DNA from: Hamiltosporidium tvaerminnensis FI-OER-3-3
Lineage: Eukaryota; Fungi; Microsporidia
Direction: 5' to 3'
DNA: 64,000 nt
NCBI GenBank assembly: GCA_022605425.2
Contig: JAKIMF020000007.1
Coordinates: 124,001 to 188,000, forward strand
The notes beneath the pieces are model-generated. The model was not told the DNA's origin. It saw only the letters and a list, made by a program, of their open reading frames with translations, and did not search any database. Position numbers and translations under genes: made by a program. This document shows positions 33,085 to 45,771 of the stretch, one piece after another. Every line of letters begins with the position of its first letter. Position 1 is the stretch's first letter.

Positions 33085-34400
33085 TCTATTTATATTACAA
33101 AAATCAAATGATTATGATTATTGAATCAATGATTTATGTGTATTGTGACTAATATGAGTTAGAATTTATTTTTCTTTATTTATTGCAATATTCAGTAAAA
33201 ATCTGAAATTAACTTTTATATTTTAACTAAAGTATATAATTTCTTCTATAAAACTTATCTTAATTTATCTGATTTTGAATTATTGCCAGTGTTTAAAAGT
33301 TAACTTAAATGATTTTAAATATGGAAAATTAGTCTGGTATACGAATATTGTTCGGCTTTTTCTTTGAAATGAATAAGTTTAATCGCTTTTAAATAATAAA
33401 ATTTTGTGTTAAAAATAGTTAAATAATTATTTCAAAATATCTTAAAAATATTTACTGAAAGATATGAATTTCTGTATAAAGAAATCATAAATATAATCTT
33501 TTAAACTACCTTTTCCTTTGGAAAATTATTTAAGGATATTTATAGATTTATTAAGCGAAATAAACTTATTTGAAAGGCTTATATATGAATAATATAGATT
33601 TTTATATTTCTTTTTCTAATTTTATATATTTTGGAGAAATAAATTAGATGTTTTCTCAAGGATTAATCATATATTTGAAGTTCAAAATTCTTCAACAAAT
33701 CATAAAATTTATTTTTTTAGATTAAATAAATGTAAAATATTAAATTATCTCTATATTCCTATAAATTAATGTTTTTTGATCTCAATATTCACTGGTATAG
33801 GTTTCATTAAAATTTTAGATAAATAATTCTGTTGTGGGTATTTGAAACAATTAACCTCTATTTTCTTTACAGATTTTATTTTTAAAAAAATCCGCGATTT
33901 TTCTTATCGTTTGACTACTCAATGTCCACATTGAAGGCTTTTTCTATCTTGACCTCATTTGAATATAAGCTTCTATGTTTATTGCCTAGCTATATGATTG
34001 TATGTTTAACTTGCAATGTGTAACTTGATTTTAAACTATAATATTTACATGTGAATCTATACATAATTCGGTATTTTTTTATACATGATATAAAAATATG
34101 ATTCGGATATTTTTCTTGGCAGTTTCTGGGTCTTTTTAATTATCTTTCTAATTTATTTCTTTAATTTAAGAGGATTCTATGATAAAGTATCTCTAAAATT
34201 AATTCACTAGATAGTGAAACTTTAACGAAACAGCTTAATGATATAAGACACAATTCGTAACCGCTTTTCATTTACTTACACTTTTACTAAATCATCTATC
34301 GTTACAAAACATAATATCTTCTAATTTAATTCTCTAGAGTCTTTGCTAAAGCTTTTAAAAAAACATTTCTTTCAAAATTTGTCTGTATTACTAATAAAGT

Positions 34401-34450
34401 ATTTATTTTCCTCGGCGCTACAGCCCTGCACGAGCCTTGGCCTCCTTACT
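34401..34450 (-). mobile_element. 3'-terminal fragment of the SINE/RTE tail
   Basis: cctcggcgctacagccctgcacgagccttggcc matches the 3' end of the family; 5'-truncated. Confidence 0.75.
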
Positions 34451-35140
34451 AAAAAAGTAAATCAACTACTTTCTCTAATCAGTTTCCAATATCTAACTAT
34501 GATAGTATATATAATGTAAAAAAGTATATTCATTTGGAAATTTTATTTGTGAAGAGTTTTCTTAAATTGGTTTATTCACAATTTTTAAAAATTTGATTGA
34601 TTTAGAAAATTTTGTAAAAAAACGTTTTTTGACTTAATTTTTTTGAAAAAATTATAAATTTGTAAAATCCAATCGAGCCCGAATAATCCATCTACAGATA
34701 AGAATTTCAAGATCAAAATTTTCAATTTAATTTATAAGTTTATAGATATTATTTACAAAGTAAACTATAAAAATTAATTTATGAAGTTTAATTTGAAAAA
34801 CTGTAATTTTAAAAAATTTTAATCAGAAACATAACCATACAGAATCAAACATCAAAATATATAAAAATAAATGTTTTAAATGCTTCCAAAGAATTTAAAG
34901 TAAATTTATAATGAAATATCAAACATCAAAATATATAAAAATAAATGTTTTAAATACTTCCAAAGAATTTAAAGTAAATTTATTTTGAAATCGAATAACA
35001 AAATATTTTTTAATCTTTTTTTTTTTATCAAGAATGACCAGGATGGTTAGATTTAAAACGCTATCAGCTGTGTTTTAAATTTCTTTCTACCACATTGTTA
35101 CAAAAACGATTCATAGAAATGAAAAATAAAAAGTTAAGTA

Positions 35141-35902
35141 ATGAAAGATTGTATTGAACAGTTTATTAGAGAGCTTTTACGGCCTTTTAAATCGTACGAA
35201 AAAAAGAAGTTTTATACTCGTGGAGCATATAGTATGTCTCTGATGAGTTTGATGAGTGCAGATGAAGATGCGCCAAAACAAAGACTACGAAGTAAAAAGT
35301 CGAAGACAAAGAGTTCGAAGAGTAAAAAGAAGAAAAGCAGTAAACAAAAGACAGTAAAAGATGATAGAAATGTTGAATTTAAGAAAAGCAAAGGACTTTT
35401 AAATGTGTCCAAGATTTCTAACGGAAAACCCATGCAAAATGAATCAGAATCGGTTTCTACTTTGGGAAAATTATTTAAGCAAGATTTCACACCGAATGTA
35501 AAATTAAAAAAGACACCAAAAACCAAAAAAGATAAAAAACATAAGAAAAGTAAGAATACTGACAAAGAAGAAGACTATTCTCTACTTTTAAAAGAGTATG
35601 AGTCCAGTGCAACTGAAAAGAAAGCAGAAGAACATATAATTACTCCATTTGATGATAAATCTTTATCTGACCAGCTTCAATTTCCTCTCTCAGAATATTT
35701 TTCACCCACTAATAAACCTGATGAATATGATAATTCAGCAGAAGAAGATATCTCAAAAAAAGATAAAAAACAAAAAAAATCGAAGAAAAAAATTAATTTA
35801 AAAATTAAAGATATGAATTGTCAAGAAGATTCATCCGATTTTAATATTATTGATGAAAAGATTAGTATGGGTTTAAAAGAATATCTCAATAACATAAAAT
35901 AG
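35141..35902 (+). CDS. Lys/Ser/Asp-rich low-complexity protein, unknown function
   Basis: 253-aa ORF with AATAAA just after the stop. No family recognised. Confidence 0.7.
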   Translation: MKDCIEQFIRELLRPFKSYEKKKFYTRGAYSMSLMSLMSADEDAPKQRLRSKKSKTKSSKSKKKKSSKQKTVKDDRNVEFKKSKGLLNVSKISNGKPMQNESESVSTLGKLFKQDFTPNVKLKKTPKTKKDKKHKKSKNTDKEEDYSLLLKEYESSATEKKAEEHIITPFDDKSLSDQLQFPLSEYFSPTNKPDEYDNSAEEDISKKDKKQKKSKKKINLKIKDMNCQEDSSDFNIIDEKISMGLKEYLNNIK

Positions 35903-35956
35903 AATAAAATATTTAATTATTTAGAAATTCTAATTTTAATTTTGTATTTTTTTAAG

Positions 35957-36470
35957 AAATTTATTTTTAATTTGATTTAAATTTTATAAAAGTTTTTATT
36001 TTTTTCTTTAAATTCTTCTCTTCTAAACAAAATTATTTTTAATTTGATTTAAATTTTATAAAAGTTTTTATTTTTTTCTTTAAATTCTTCTCTTCTAAAC
36101 AAAATTATTTTTAATTTGATTTAAATTTTATAAAAGTTTTTATTTTTTTCTTTAAATTCTTCTCTTCTAAACAAAATTATTTTTAATTTGATTTAAATTT
36201 TATAAAAGTTTTTATTTTTTTCTTTAAATTCTTCTCTTCTAAACAAAATTATTTTTAATTTGATTTAAATTTTATAAAAAAATTGGTACAAGCTTTATTT
36301 TTTTCTTTAAATTCTTCTCTTCTAAACAAATTAATTTTAATTCGATTTAGAGTTTGTAAAAAAATTGGTACAAGTTCTATTTTTTTCTTTAAATTCTTCT
36401 CTTCTAAACAAAATTATTTTAATTCGATTTAGAGTTTGTAAAAAAATTGGTACAAGTTTTATTTTTTCAT
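35957..36470. repeat. 72-bp tandem repeat (~7 units, later units slightly longer)
   Basis: Unit contains ctttaaattcttctcttctaaacaaaatt; ctaaac at 36023 and 36095. Confidence 0.92.
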
Positions 36471-37010
36471 GATTTTAATGTAATTCTACGTTTAACATAA
36501 ATATTTAAGTTTTTGCTTTTATTTTTTTTTAATAAAATATTTTTTTAATTTCTTATTTAAAATGTTACATCTTTATAGAACAAAGGTTTGCTTTTTTTTA
36601 AAAAATATAAGAATCTTTTAATTTCAAATTGAATATTTTTACGTTTTTAAGTCAAAATTTTAATTTAATAAATTCTTGGTTGAAAAAAATTTCCAAATCT
36701 TTAATTTATTCAACATTTTTAAGTCAAAATAATGACGCTTGATGGTGACAGGTGGAAGTTATTGGTAAATGAGATTAGGACTCCTAATGAGTCGTAATTT
36801 TATTGAGTAAGTACAGTACAAAAGTTACTTGAATTTTTTTTAATTTACATTTTTACTTAAAAAAATACAATTTTTTTCTCAAATTCATATTATATCAATT
36901 TAAAAAGGTAAACATATTTATCTTAAAAGATAAATTAAAGAAAATATAGCAACAGTTTCTTTATGCAAAAAATAATAAACCACAATAATTTTTATTGATT
37001 TTCAATTATT

Positions 37011-38111
37011 CTAAAGGGCAATGTAAAATAAAACGTAGGCATCCGTTTCATTAAGTTTGATACTTTCTTGCTTCTTGTAATGCTCGTCATCAAAATAAAA
37101 CCACTCTCCATTTCTTGATCCAAATGAGACGTAATGCCCATTTCTTACTGTCCCACTATGACAAGCATAACCTACAATTTTATATTTTGTATTTTTAAAT
37201 TGTAAAATTCCATCAACATCGATCTTTCTACTGTCTTTATTGGTATGAGAATAGAATCTAACCAATTGTATTATTAAAATTTTTGGGTATTCAACGATTT
37301 GCATTAATTTTGTTGTTTTATTTTTTTTACCGCAAAAATCACATTTCCATGCATTATCTCCAGATAAGATTTCCTCTTTTTCGTACGACTTCATACTTTC
37401 ATAAATACTATTTTCTAATTTCAAAGTCAAGCAAGAAAAATGCTCTATTTTCTCCTTCTTTTGATTACACATTCCACATATAACAATAGATTTCTGCAAT
37501 CCAAAAAACGTACGAGCAATAAAATTTTCCTGCTTTTTTTTATCAAATTCACTCAAACTACTTATTAAATCATTAACTTTCCCATTTAGTTCGATGTATA
37601 AATGTAAAAAAAATAATGTCAAGAATTCATGACAATCTTGTTGATTTGAATCCAAAATAAATATTTTTCTACCTAAAACATTTATCAAATCCGAAGGATT
37701 TACCACGGATTTTGATTTATAAATTCTAATAAAATCTTGAAAAGACTTTGAAAATTTTTGATTATCATTAAAAACATTTGAGTCATAGAATGAAGTAAGA
37801 GGATGTAAGGAGAGTATACATTGCATCACCGAATTAAAAAAACAATCATTTTTCTTATTTATAAGGCCTGCTGGTCTCGGATTTAAGCGTATCTCTTGGA
37901 CAGCCATAGGGTTGCCTATCAAAGATTTATTATTTGAAGAATAAAAATCACAACATAAATAATTTAAAGGGGTGTTGATGTTGTTGTAATCTGTTGAATT
38001 ATAAGTATTTGAATAAATTTTTTTGTGCCAATTTTTGTATTTTTTATTTCTATTTCTTGAAAAAGTAGAAGAATCGTAAAGTAAGTTTGTTTCCATGTTT
38101 AAATCTTTCAT
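37011..38111 (-). CDS. Ubiquitin-specific protease (USP/UBP, peptidase C19)
   Basis: Cys box GLINKKNDCFFNSVMQC, QQDCHEF, CxxC pairs, His box CHSGTVRNGHYVSF...WFYFDD...AYVLFY. The true start may be 37907. Confidence 0.95.
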   Translation of the reverse strand: MKDLNMETNLLYDSSTFSRNRNKKYKNWHKKIYSNTYNSTDYNNINTPLNYLCCDFYSSNNKSLIGNPMAVQEIRLNPRPAGLINKKNDCFFNSVMQCILSLHPLTSFYDSNVFNDNQKFSKSFQDFIRIYKSKSVVNPSDLINVLGRKIFILDSNQQDCHEFLTLFFLHLYIELNGKVNDLISSLSEFDKKKQENFIARTFFGLQKSIVICGMCNQKKEKIEHFSCLTLKLENSIYESMKSYEKEEILSGDNAWKCDFCGKKNKTTKLMQIVEYPKILIIQLVRFYSHTNKDSRKIDVDGILQFKNTKYKIVGYACHSGTVRNGHYVSFGSRNGEWFYFDDEHYKKQESIKLNETDAYVLFYIAL

Positions 38112-38480
38112 TATTCTTTCTGTTCATAAAAGTTTTATTTAAATCAAATCCTTTATCAAAATTACGTAATGTTTAAGAACTGATACATAAAAATGTAACA
38201 GATCGAAAATTTTATTTATATTTTTGCATAAATACTTGCTATATTATGAAATTATTAAAAAAAATTAATATTTGAAATAAAGAGGAAATATTAATTAAAT
38301 TATACTTTTGTTTTGAATGTTTTAAAGATAAAACATTGTAAAAAATTTCAAACATTGTTTAAGTAATCTCTAAAACATTTAAATCGTGGCTGAAACTGTA
38401 TTAACATCAGTAAATCTATTGGTGGAAATTGAAATATTGTGAGAGGAAAAACTATATAATTGTGTTTGAAGAAATGGTTA

Positions 38481-39035
38481 ATGCTATTCTTCATTGCAAC
38501 ATTACCTTTGATATTTTTAGGAATGTGTTATTCACAAGATGGAGAGACTGAGGCAAAAACGGAGACAAACAATACCGATATTGCGAGGCCACTCGTATGT
38601 GAAAATGCCACAATTATTGAAATTAGTGAAGAAGACAAGAAAGTCTTGGGACAGAATCCGGGAGAAACAGATATTGCAAGAGAAGCCAGACTTAATGGTC
38701 TAGTGCCTGTTTCTGTCTACACTATATTTGCCAATCCTTTAAAATCCGGACAGTATCAGTCTTTGCCTTCTACTTTAAGCGCTCTTTCTAGCAGTATGTT
38801 CCACATGGCTGCCAACGGATCTACGGAGAAGAACGGACAAAACTTTAACTTCATTAAGGGTATGATAGAAACAACTGTTAAACCCTCTGATAACAAAACG
38901 AACGAAAAACCACCTGCAGAAGAAGGCGGTGAAGAAGGAGAAGGCGAAGAAGGTGGTGAAGGAGGAGCAGCAGCCCCAGAACAAACTTCGGGTCTGAAGC
39001 CAAAAAAGAAAGGATCTAAGCTTAAGGCATATTAA
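38481..39035 (+). CDS. Putative secreted protein with a Glu/Gly-rich then Lys-rich tail (spore/polar-tube-like composition)
   Basis: Signal peptide MLFFIATLPLIFLGMCYS-QD from ATG 38481; elevated GC; several N-x-T/S sequons. Confidence 0.75.
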   Translation: MLFFIATLPLIFLGMCYSQDGETEAKTETNNTDIARPLVCENATIIEISEEDKKVLGQNPGETDIAREARLNGLVPVSVYTIFANPLKSGQYQSLPSTLSALSSSMFHMAANGSTEKNGQNFNFIKGMIETTVKPSDNKTNEKPPAEEGGEEGEGEEGGEGGAAAPEQTSGLKPKKKGSKLKAY

Positions 39036-40719
39036 CGAGGTTTGAAATAATGGGATTTAAATAAATGGTGTTTTAGTCATAAAATTTACTTCAATTTAAA
39101 AATCTTTATTCTTCTGCATACTTTTATCAATTCGATCAATTTATACGTCAAATAGGATATTTCAAGTGTATTCTTATTTTTTTTACTCATTTTATTCTTT
39201 CTAAAGCTAAAATTTTGTTATATAATTTAATCTTCTGTGATCAAAAATTCAAGTGCACCATTGATACCGATTTCATTACATTTGAATTTATTATTTATAA
39301 AATTATAACGATATAAAGTTATACTATATATCATAACTTAAATAATACCGCTAGATATACTTATCTTAAACATGTCTATGTGTTACACTGTGTCATATTT
39401 CTTGATTCTAGAAGGATGTAATTGTTGTGCACAAATAAAAGAAATACTAACAAATACCATCTTTAAGTAAAAAATAAACCTTTTTTATGCTTAATTATTC
39501 ATATTTATATTTAATTTAGAAAGATATAGCTATATTTTATAAAATATAAGGTACTGTAAACACTTTTCAAGTATAATTTTGATTTCTTCTTAATTCAGCT
39601 AAAAACATTTTACAACTACAAATAAGAAATTTAAGTTTAATTCAACATTTTCCCTTACTAAAGCAACACCATCCGATTAATCTAAGCTCTTTTATACTTC
39701 TTTCAAGTATTTAAATAGAATTTTTCGTTTAGAATTTCAAACCAACTGTTTTTTTTAATTCTTTTATTCAATATTTTTTTTACTTATCACAAGCAATTAA
39801 ATCAAATTATAAATTTAATTATATAGTTAAATATTCCAATATTTTGTATTTATATTTAAATTTTTAGTATTTTATTACAGAAAAATAATTCATATATTTA
39901 CATATTGCCATATTTTACAATCTATATTGAATCTTTTGATATTTTAAGCATTAAACCAGAATTATTTGTAGAAACCTGTTTTTATTTAATAATTTATTAT
40001 TGAATAAACCAGAATTATACATAATGAACAATATTAAATATATTTAGATCATAAAAAGATATTAACTTCTCAGTAAGAGACTAAATAAGAAATTTCGCAA
40101 AGACTCATCCATAATATATATTAAGATATTAAAATGCTATTAATTACTCAGTAAGAGACAACAGAAAGCCATTTTTAGAGCTTATCGATAAAAAATATAT
40201 TTATATAGTAACAGAATATTAGATAATCAGGAGAGACAATAGATAGTAATTTTACCCCAAGCTCTTTAGACTTAAACACAAAAAAATATCTTCAAAATAC
40301 AAAAATAAAACTGTTTTAATAAATAGTCTGTTAACTATATATAAGATTATTATTTCTAATATAATCCATTATCTTATCAAAAAATTAAATTTTTAATAAT
40401 AAAAGAACTTTCTTTAAAATTATGATTCCATTTTTACTAATGAATTAGTAATCCAATAAATATTTTTTTAAGAGACTTCTAATCATTAAATTAGCTTTCT
40501 ATTTCATAATTGAAATTAATAAACTTATTGATCTTACCAGCCGTTATATTGTTTTATATCAAAGCTCAATACGATCTAAATAAGGAAATATTTAAGAAAA
40601 TATAAAAATAAATTTAATATTGAAGTAAATCTAAGATTTCGTAGAAATATTTGTAATAATTGACTTAATATTTATCTTAGATTTTAAATATAATTAGATA
40701 TCTTTTAGTAAAAAATTAT

Positions 40720-40910
40720 TTCAAATTATTTGGTTAAACTTTTGATTTCGAAGGAAATAGGAAGTAAAATATTTTACTCGATAAATTATTTACAATATTC
40801 GGTTTAACTTTTGATTTAAAAGGAAATTTGAAGTAAAATATTTTACTCGATAAATTATTTACAATATTCGGTTTAATTTTTGATTTAAAAGGAAATTTGA
40901 AGTAAAATTT
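40720..40910. repeat. 70-bp tandem repeat (~2.7 units)
   Basis: gtaaaatattttactcgataaattatttacaatattcggttt at 40764 and 40834. Confidence 0.85.
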
Positions 40911-41416
40911 CATGAAAAATATAAAGTTTATTCAAATATTTAGAGTTAAAAAAAGTTCCGGGTTTTATCATTTTAAATCTTACTGTTACCAAATAATAGA
41001 AAATTTACTTTAAAAGTTTTTATTATGAGTAGAATTTTACTAAGAATAATACCAGAAATAAAATAACTTGAATTTTTTAGAATAAAAAGTGAGATACAAA
41101 TAAGTTTTATATCAAGAATGTATACTGATCATCATAATTTTATCTGGAGAAGTTGATAGAGAAATATAATTCACAATTCCAAAACAAGCAGATATCTAAT
41201 AGATATGAAAAATCAGAAAATATTGGAATATACAGAACATGAATTGAATACTTTACCAATGTATATTAGTCCTGAAATTTAATATTGACTTTTAAAAATA
41301 TATTAGAGAACAAAAAATTATATACTTTGTATCTAATATTGAAAGTTTAAATCGTCTCGTCAAAACATTCTTACATTTCTATATACTTTATTCCAAGGCA
41401 TAGAAAATTTATATTA

Positions 41417-42676
41417 TTAATAGCAACAAACAACGTGTGAATTTCCTTGCGTGAAAAACATAAAAACACAATCATTCTTTTTTAAAACGTCACAATTCAA
41501 GACATCTAAATCTTCATAAGAACACTTTATAATGTTTATATTTCTCTTTTCAATGTAATTTGATATTTCAAAAATACTTATAATATTAATTTGTGTATTA
41601 TAATTAATATTTGCAGAATCATTCTCTACAAGATCCTTCATTTCATTTATTTTAAGAGCTAATAATTCTAAGCATACTTTTGCATCTTCAATAGAGCAAT
41701 GACTTTTTGATTGAATTTCTTTATTTAGATATTTTTTAGAAAGATTCTTTAAAGATGTTTTGTAATTATCTTTTGTTTTATATAAATGAGAAGTATCTAT
41801 TAATCTATCATGATAAATCTTTAAAACATTTAAATCATTAAATAACGAATGTCCTAAAATTATTGTATTTTTTCCAATAATTTTTTTCAAATCATTTTTC
41901 ATTTCTAAAAAAGAAACTGCATGTTCAAAACTATCCTTATCTAAACCACTATACTCTGTTAAATAATCCATTATTTCAGCTTCTGGTTTAATTATTTTAT
42001 CATATATTACATTGCATTGATTATCTAATATACTGACTCTACCAACTTCTTTTCCATATGAGGTTTTTACCATTTCACAGTCTATTGAAACAATAAAATT
42101 ATTAATGTAATCTGTAAATATTGTAAATTCCTTATTTAGTAATAAATATTCTTTAAATTTAAGATTCTCAGATTCATCTTTAAGAATTAAAATTTTATTA
42201 TCAATTTTGTATTCATTTTTGATTTCATTTTGTTTTAGAAGATTTTTATTCTTGGAAAGGTTTTCTACTGTAGAAATATCTTCTACAGATTCACTATTTT
42301 TTACAAATGTAGAATCTTCAACATAAATTTTGCTAATATTTTTAATACAAAATTTTTCTACTTCTGTTTGTGTTATTAAAGAAATGTCAGGCTTTGTATT
42401 TCGTTCTATTTTTCTAAAAAGTGTGCGTATAAGTGTATTTATATCAAATTTTTCTTGCATATAAGCAGTATTACGTAATTTAAATTTTTTTTTAATAATT
42501 TTTATTTCAATTTTTTCGTCAATAAAAAATAAATTGGTTGATTTCAATTTCTGTTTATTTAATGAAGTAACAAACGATGGCTTTTTACCTTCTGCATACA
42601 TCCAAAGAAACATTTTTTGTAATTGTTCAACAGTTAAGGAAGTAATATTTCCTATTTTAATCCATACTTCATCCAT
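41417..42676 (-). CDS. DEDDh RNA exonuclease, REX1/RNH70-like
   Basis: ExoI SIDCEMV, ExoII ILGHSLFNDL...IDTS, ExoIII HCSIEDA. CCC motif upstream (cccataaATG). Confidence 0.92.
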   Translation of the reverse strand: MDEVWIKIGNITSLTVEQLQKMFLWMYAEGKKPSFVTSLNKQKLKSTNLFFIDEKIEIKIIKKKFKLRNTAYMQEKFDINTLIRTLFRKIERNTKPDISLITQTEVEKFCIKNISKIYVEDSTFVKNSESVEDISTVENLSKNKNLLKQNEIKNEYKIDNKILILKDESENLKFKEYLLLNKEFTIFTDYINNFIVSIDCEMVKTSYGKEVGRVSILDNQCNVIYDKIIKPEAEIMDYLTEYSGLDKDSFEHAVSFLEMKNDLKKIIGKNTIILGHSLFNDLNVLKIYHDRLIDTSHLYKTKDNYKTSLKNLSKKYLNKEIQSKSHCSIEDAKVCLELLALKINEMKDLVENDSANINYNTQINIISIFEISNYIEKRNINIIKCSYEDLDVLNCDVLKKNDCVFMFFTQGNSHVVCCY

Positions 42677-42774
42677 TTATGGGATACAAAAATTAAAAAA
42701 TATTTATTTAAGAAATTAGAAATGAATAAGAATTGAATATGCCACAGCTAGATTTTTTTTCATATATTTTTTTA

Positions 42775-43710
42775 TTTTTATTTAATAAAATTCTGGGTTA
42801 ACAAATTTTTCTCTTTTCTAAATAATTCTTTCCACCATTTCAACTTCTTCTATTTCTTCTTCCAACTCCAACTCTTCATTTGTATTAGTTGATGGTTCCT
42901 TTGCTGTGTTATAACATCCAAAATAAGGGGTAAAATATTTTTTGTATTTTCCGTTTTAACATTATCTTTCTCGTTGTCTACATGCTTTAAAGGGGGTATT
43001 GGTTGTTTATGCATCTCAGCTCCTAAGATAACACTTAATGATGCTCTCCCAGCTCTCCTCGGCATTTGGACCAGACTCAAGTCCTCTTCGTCGATCAAAA
43101 GAAATTGTTTCGACTGTCTTCTTGAGTACTATGGATTGTATATATGCCTCTACATTCATGGGTATTTGCAGTCTCTTAACATACGTCTTATGGTATTTTG
43201 TCACAATACCGTCCCAGGTCATCACATAAGGAATTATCTCTACATTGCATTTATAAATAAGACCTAACTCATTTGCTAATAGGTCATACTTCCTAAGCTT
43301 CTCTGTTTCAACTATTTGAAGAGAGTCTTGGGATGTGATTCCTACTTCAATGAGGGTTATCCTATTCTGTCTCTTGTCTAAAATAAATATATCTGGTCTG
43401 TTACACCGGATCTTGACATCAGTTTTTATTCTGGTGTCCACTCTTATCTCTGCATATTCGTTATCAAGAATTTCTTGAACTGAGTGGCTTCTAATTCGTT
43501 TCGAAGACTTAAACTTATATTTATTAAGCAAGACTAAATGTATACATCGTACCACTTCATTATGTCGTCTAGTATAGTTATGACCAAGCATTTTTTCACA
43601 TCTCGTTGCTAAGTGATCAACAGTTTTCCTAGACTGGTTGCAGTGTTGACACATACCTTCTGCACCCCAGAAAACATTTCTATCCTGGATATAACAGAAC
43701 ACTGCTTCAT
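42775..43710 (-). mobile_element. 5'-truncated RT-REL LINE (endonuclease end only), second subfamily
   Basis: ORF 43016-43702 is nearly identical in protein to the C-terminus of 10943-13999, with many synonymous differences. Same 3' tail (tttaataaaattctgggttaa). Frameshift near 43040. Confidence 0.92.
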
Positions 43711-45129
43711 CATATTATCTTAAAAATATTTATATTTGTATCCCATTTTTTTTGAAAATTAAATAAAACTTAATATATGAGTGTATCATATTTTCTTTCT
43801 TATCTTTATACGGAAATTTTTATAAAAATTTTCTTGGTTCTGCTCCATATTAGGTTTATTTTTTATTTATCTGGTCGCTTAAGTCGGTAAACTAATATCA
43901 TTAATGTTTTTATTATTCTTTAAGTATTTTTAAGGCACAATTTGTAAATGAAATAAATTTCATATGCGGTAATTCCTTGAAATTTCATGTATTTCCAATC
44001 TTTGCTATTTAAATAATATTTATTTTTTGGTGGATCTAATTACTTTTAAACCATGTATATTATTCGTCTCCATGCCATTAATTTTTTAATAGCACTAATT
44101 AGACATGCGAGGCAGCATTACTCTCTAGCATTACATTTAATTTGTTGAAAAAAACAGCAAATGACATAATATTTAACAGCGAGAACTTTAGATAAATCAG
44201 ATGTTTCTAGATGATAGTTGAATAAAAACATTGAACTCCAATAAAGTAAAAAAATTCCTTGTATTCATCCAATCATTCGCAAAAAAACTTTTGAATTGTA
44301 TCAAAAAAATTTCTAGACTTTTTAAATTAAATAACTCTGTGATATTTTATTTTGTAATATCAATCTAAATATTCATAATGCTACGAAGGCTAAAAATTCA
44401 ATTATTAAGGGTATTGAAATATCTGCATATTTATTTTGATCTACACAGTAAATTATCTTCCAAAATTGATATTTCTATTATAGGAAATCCTAAATAGCAA
44501 AATAAATGATAATTTATTATATTGCGACCCGTATATTTTTTAAAAAGCCTTTAAAGCAAATAAAATATCACGAAACATATAATTAAAAAAAATGATTATT
44601 CGTAATACTATTACTCAAACATCATTATTCTAAATTTTTTCGTTTGTTGCCGATATATCATCATAAATTCTAATTGAAATATTTCATGAAAATTTAATAT
44701 ACCAATAAATCAAATTTAGTTATAATTATAAAAAGTAGTCAATTTTTTGACCGTTGTTATATCAACCAATAATTCTTTTTAAACATTTTAGCATTGTTTT
44801 GCGGATTTGAATTGAGCGAAAAGGGTATTTGGTTTATCTTAAACTTTAAATTTCCCAAAAAAAATCTTAAATAAATCCTTACTTTTAAAATTCTGTTTCT
44901 AGTAATTATATTTAAAAAACGTTCTCGACATTTAGATGTCCAATAATTAGGGAAATTAAATGATTAAAAAGTAAGATTTTTTATCCGGCAAAAAATTAAA
45001 ATACCTTCGCTTTAGCGGCATTCAGACTAAAATAATCTTTAACATAATTAAATTAAAACGAAATATAAGTACTTTAAAATATATTTAGTTCAAAAACAAT
45101 TGATTCTGTTTTACACCGAAATATTTTTT

Positions 45130-45262
45130 GCTTTTTTTCACATGTAGACCAAAAACTCACAATTTCATCACAATAAACCATATTTTACTAGAAATAATCA
45201 AAAGTATTATCAATAATATCGATAGGAAATAGCTCAAGCATACGATTCTCATTTCGATATCG
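45130..45262 (-). pseudogene. Short internal RT-REL LINE fragment
   Basis: tgtagaccaaaaactcacaatttcatcac matches 13412-13440; gctcaagcatacgattctc matches 13504-13522. Confidence 0.7.
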
Positions 45263-45627
45263 CGTTATTCTCTTATTTATCAAATTAAATATATATACAC
45301 TCAATGTACATTTTTTATACACTGCCATCTAGAAAGCATATTCTTTTTTATTTTTAGTTTGAACTTCCATATGATCCATATGCAATATTTTACTTATTAA
45401 AGATTTGTTCTCAGACATATTTTTCCAGGGTTCTTTAAGGTTACAACATTTGAATTTTATTTTCATAATTTTACCTTGAATTTGTTTAATGCCATTAAAA
45501 AAGACTATATATCAAACTTATATTCTGGATTTTCACAACTTATTTTTGAAAGTAATCACTTGAATTATATAGTTATAAACATAACTTTATTCTTTCAAGA
45601 TATGACTTAAAAAATTGGTGTTTAATA

Positions 45628-45771
45628 ATTCCTTTGCAATAAAATATGAGCATAAATCTTGTTTTGATTCTCACAGCATTATTTTTTTCAAATGACATTC
45701 CTTTGCAATAAAATATGAGCATAAATCTTGTTTTGATTCTCACAGCATTATTTTTTTCAAATGAAATTCCT
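45628..45771. repeat. 69-bp tandem duplication
   Basis: attcctttgcaataaaatatgagcataaatcttg... at 45628 and 45697. Confidence 0.9.

Noticed and set aside
32882-33124. 80-aa ORF
   Set aside because: Lies antisense within SINE copy 4 and is not conserved in other copies.
35957-36470. CRISPR-like appearance of regular repeats (also 60523-60806, 61445-61617)
   Set aside because: Head-to-tail tandem units without unique spacers, eukaryotic context, no cas genes.
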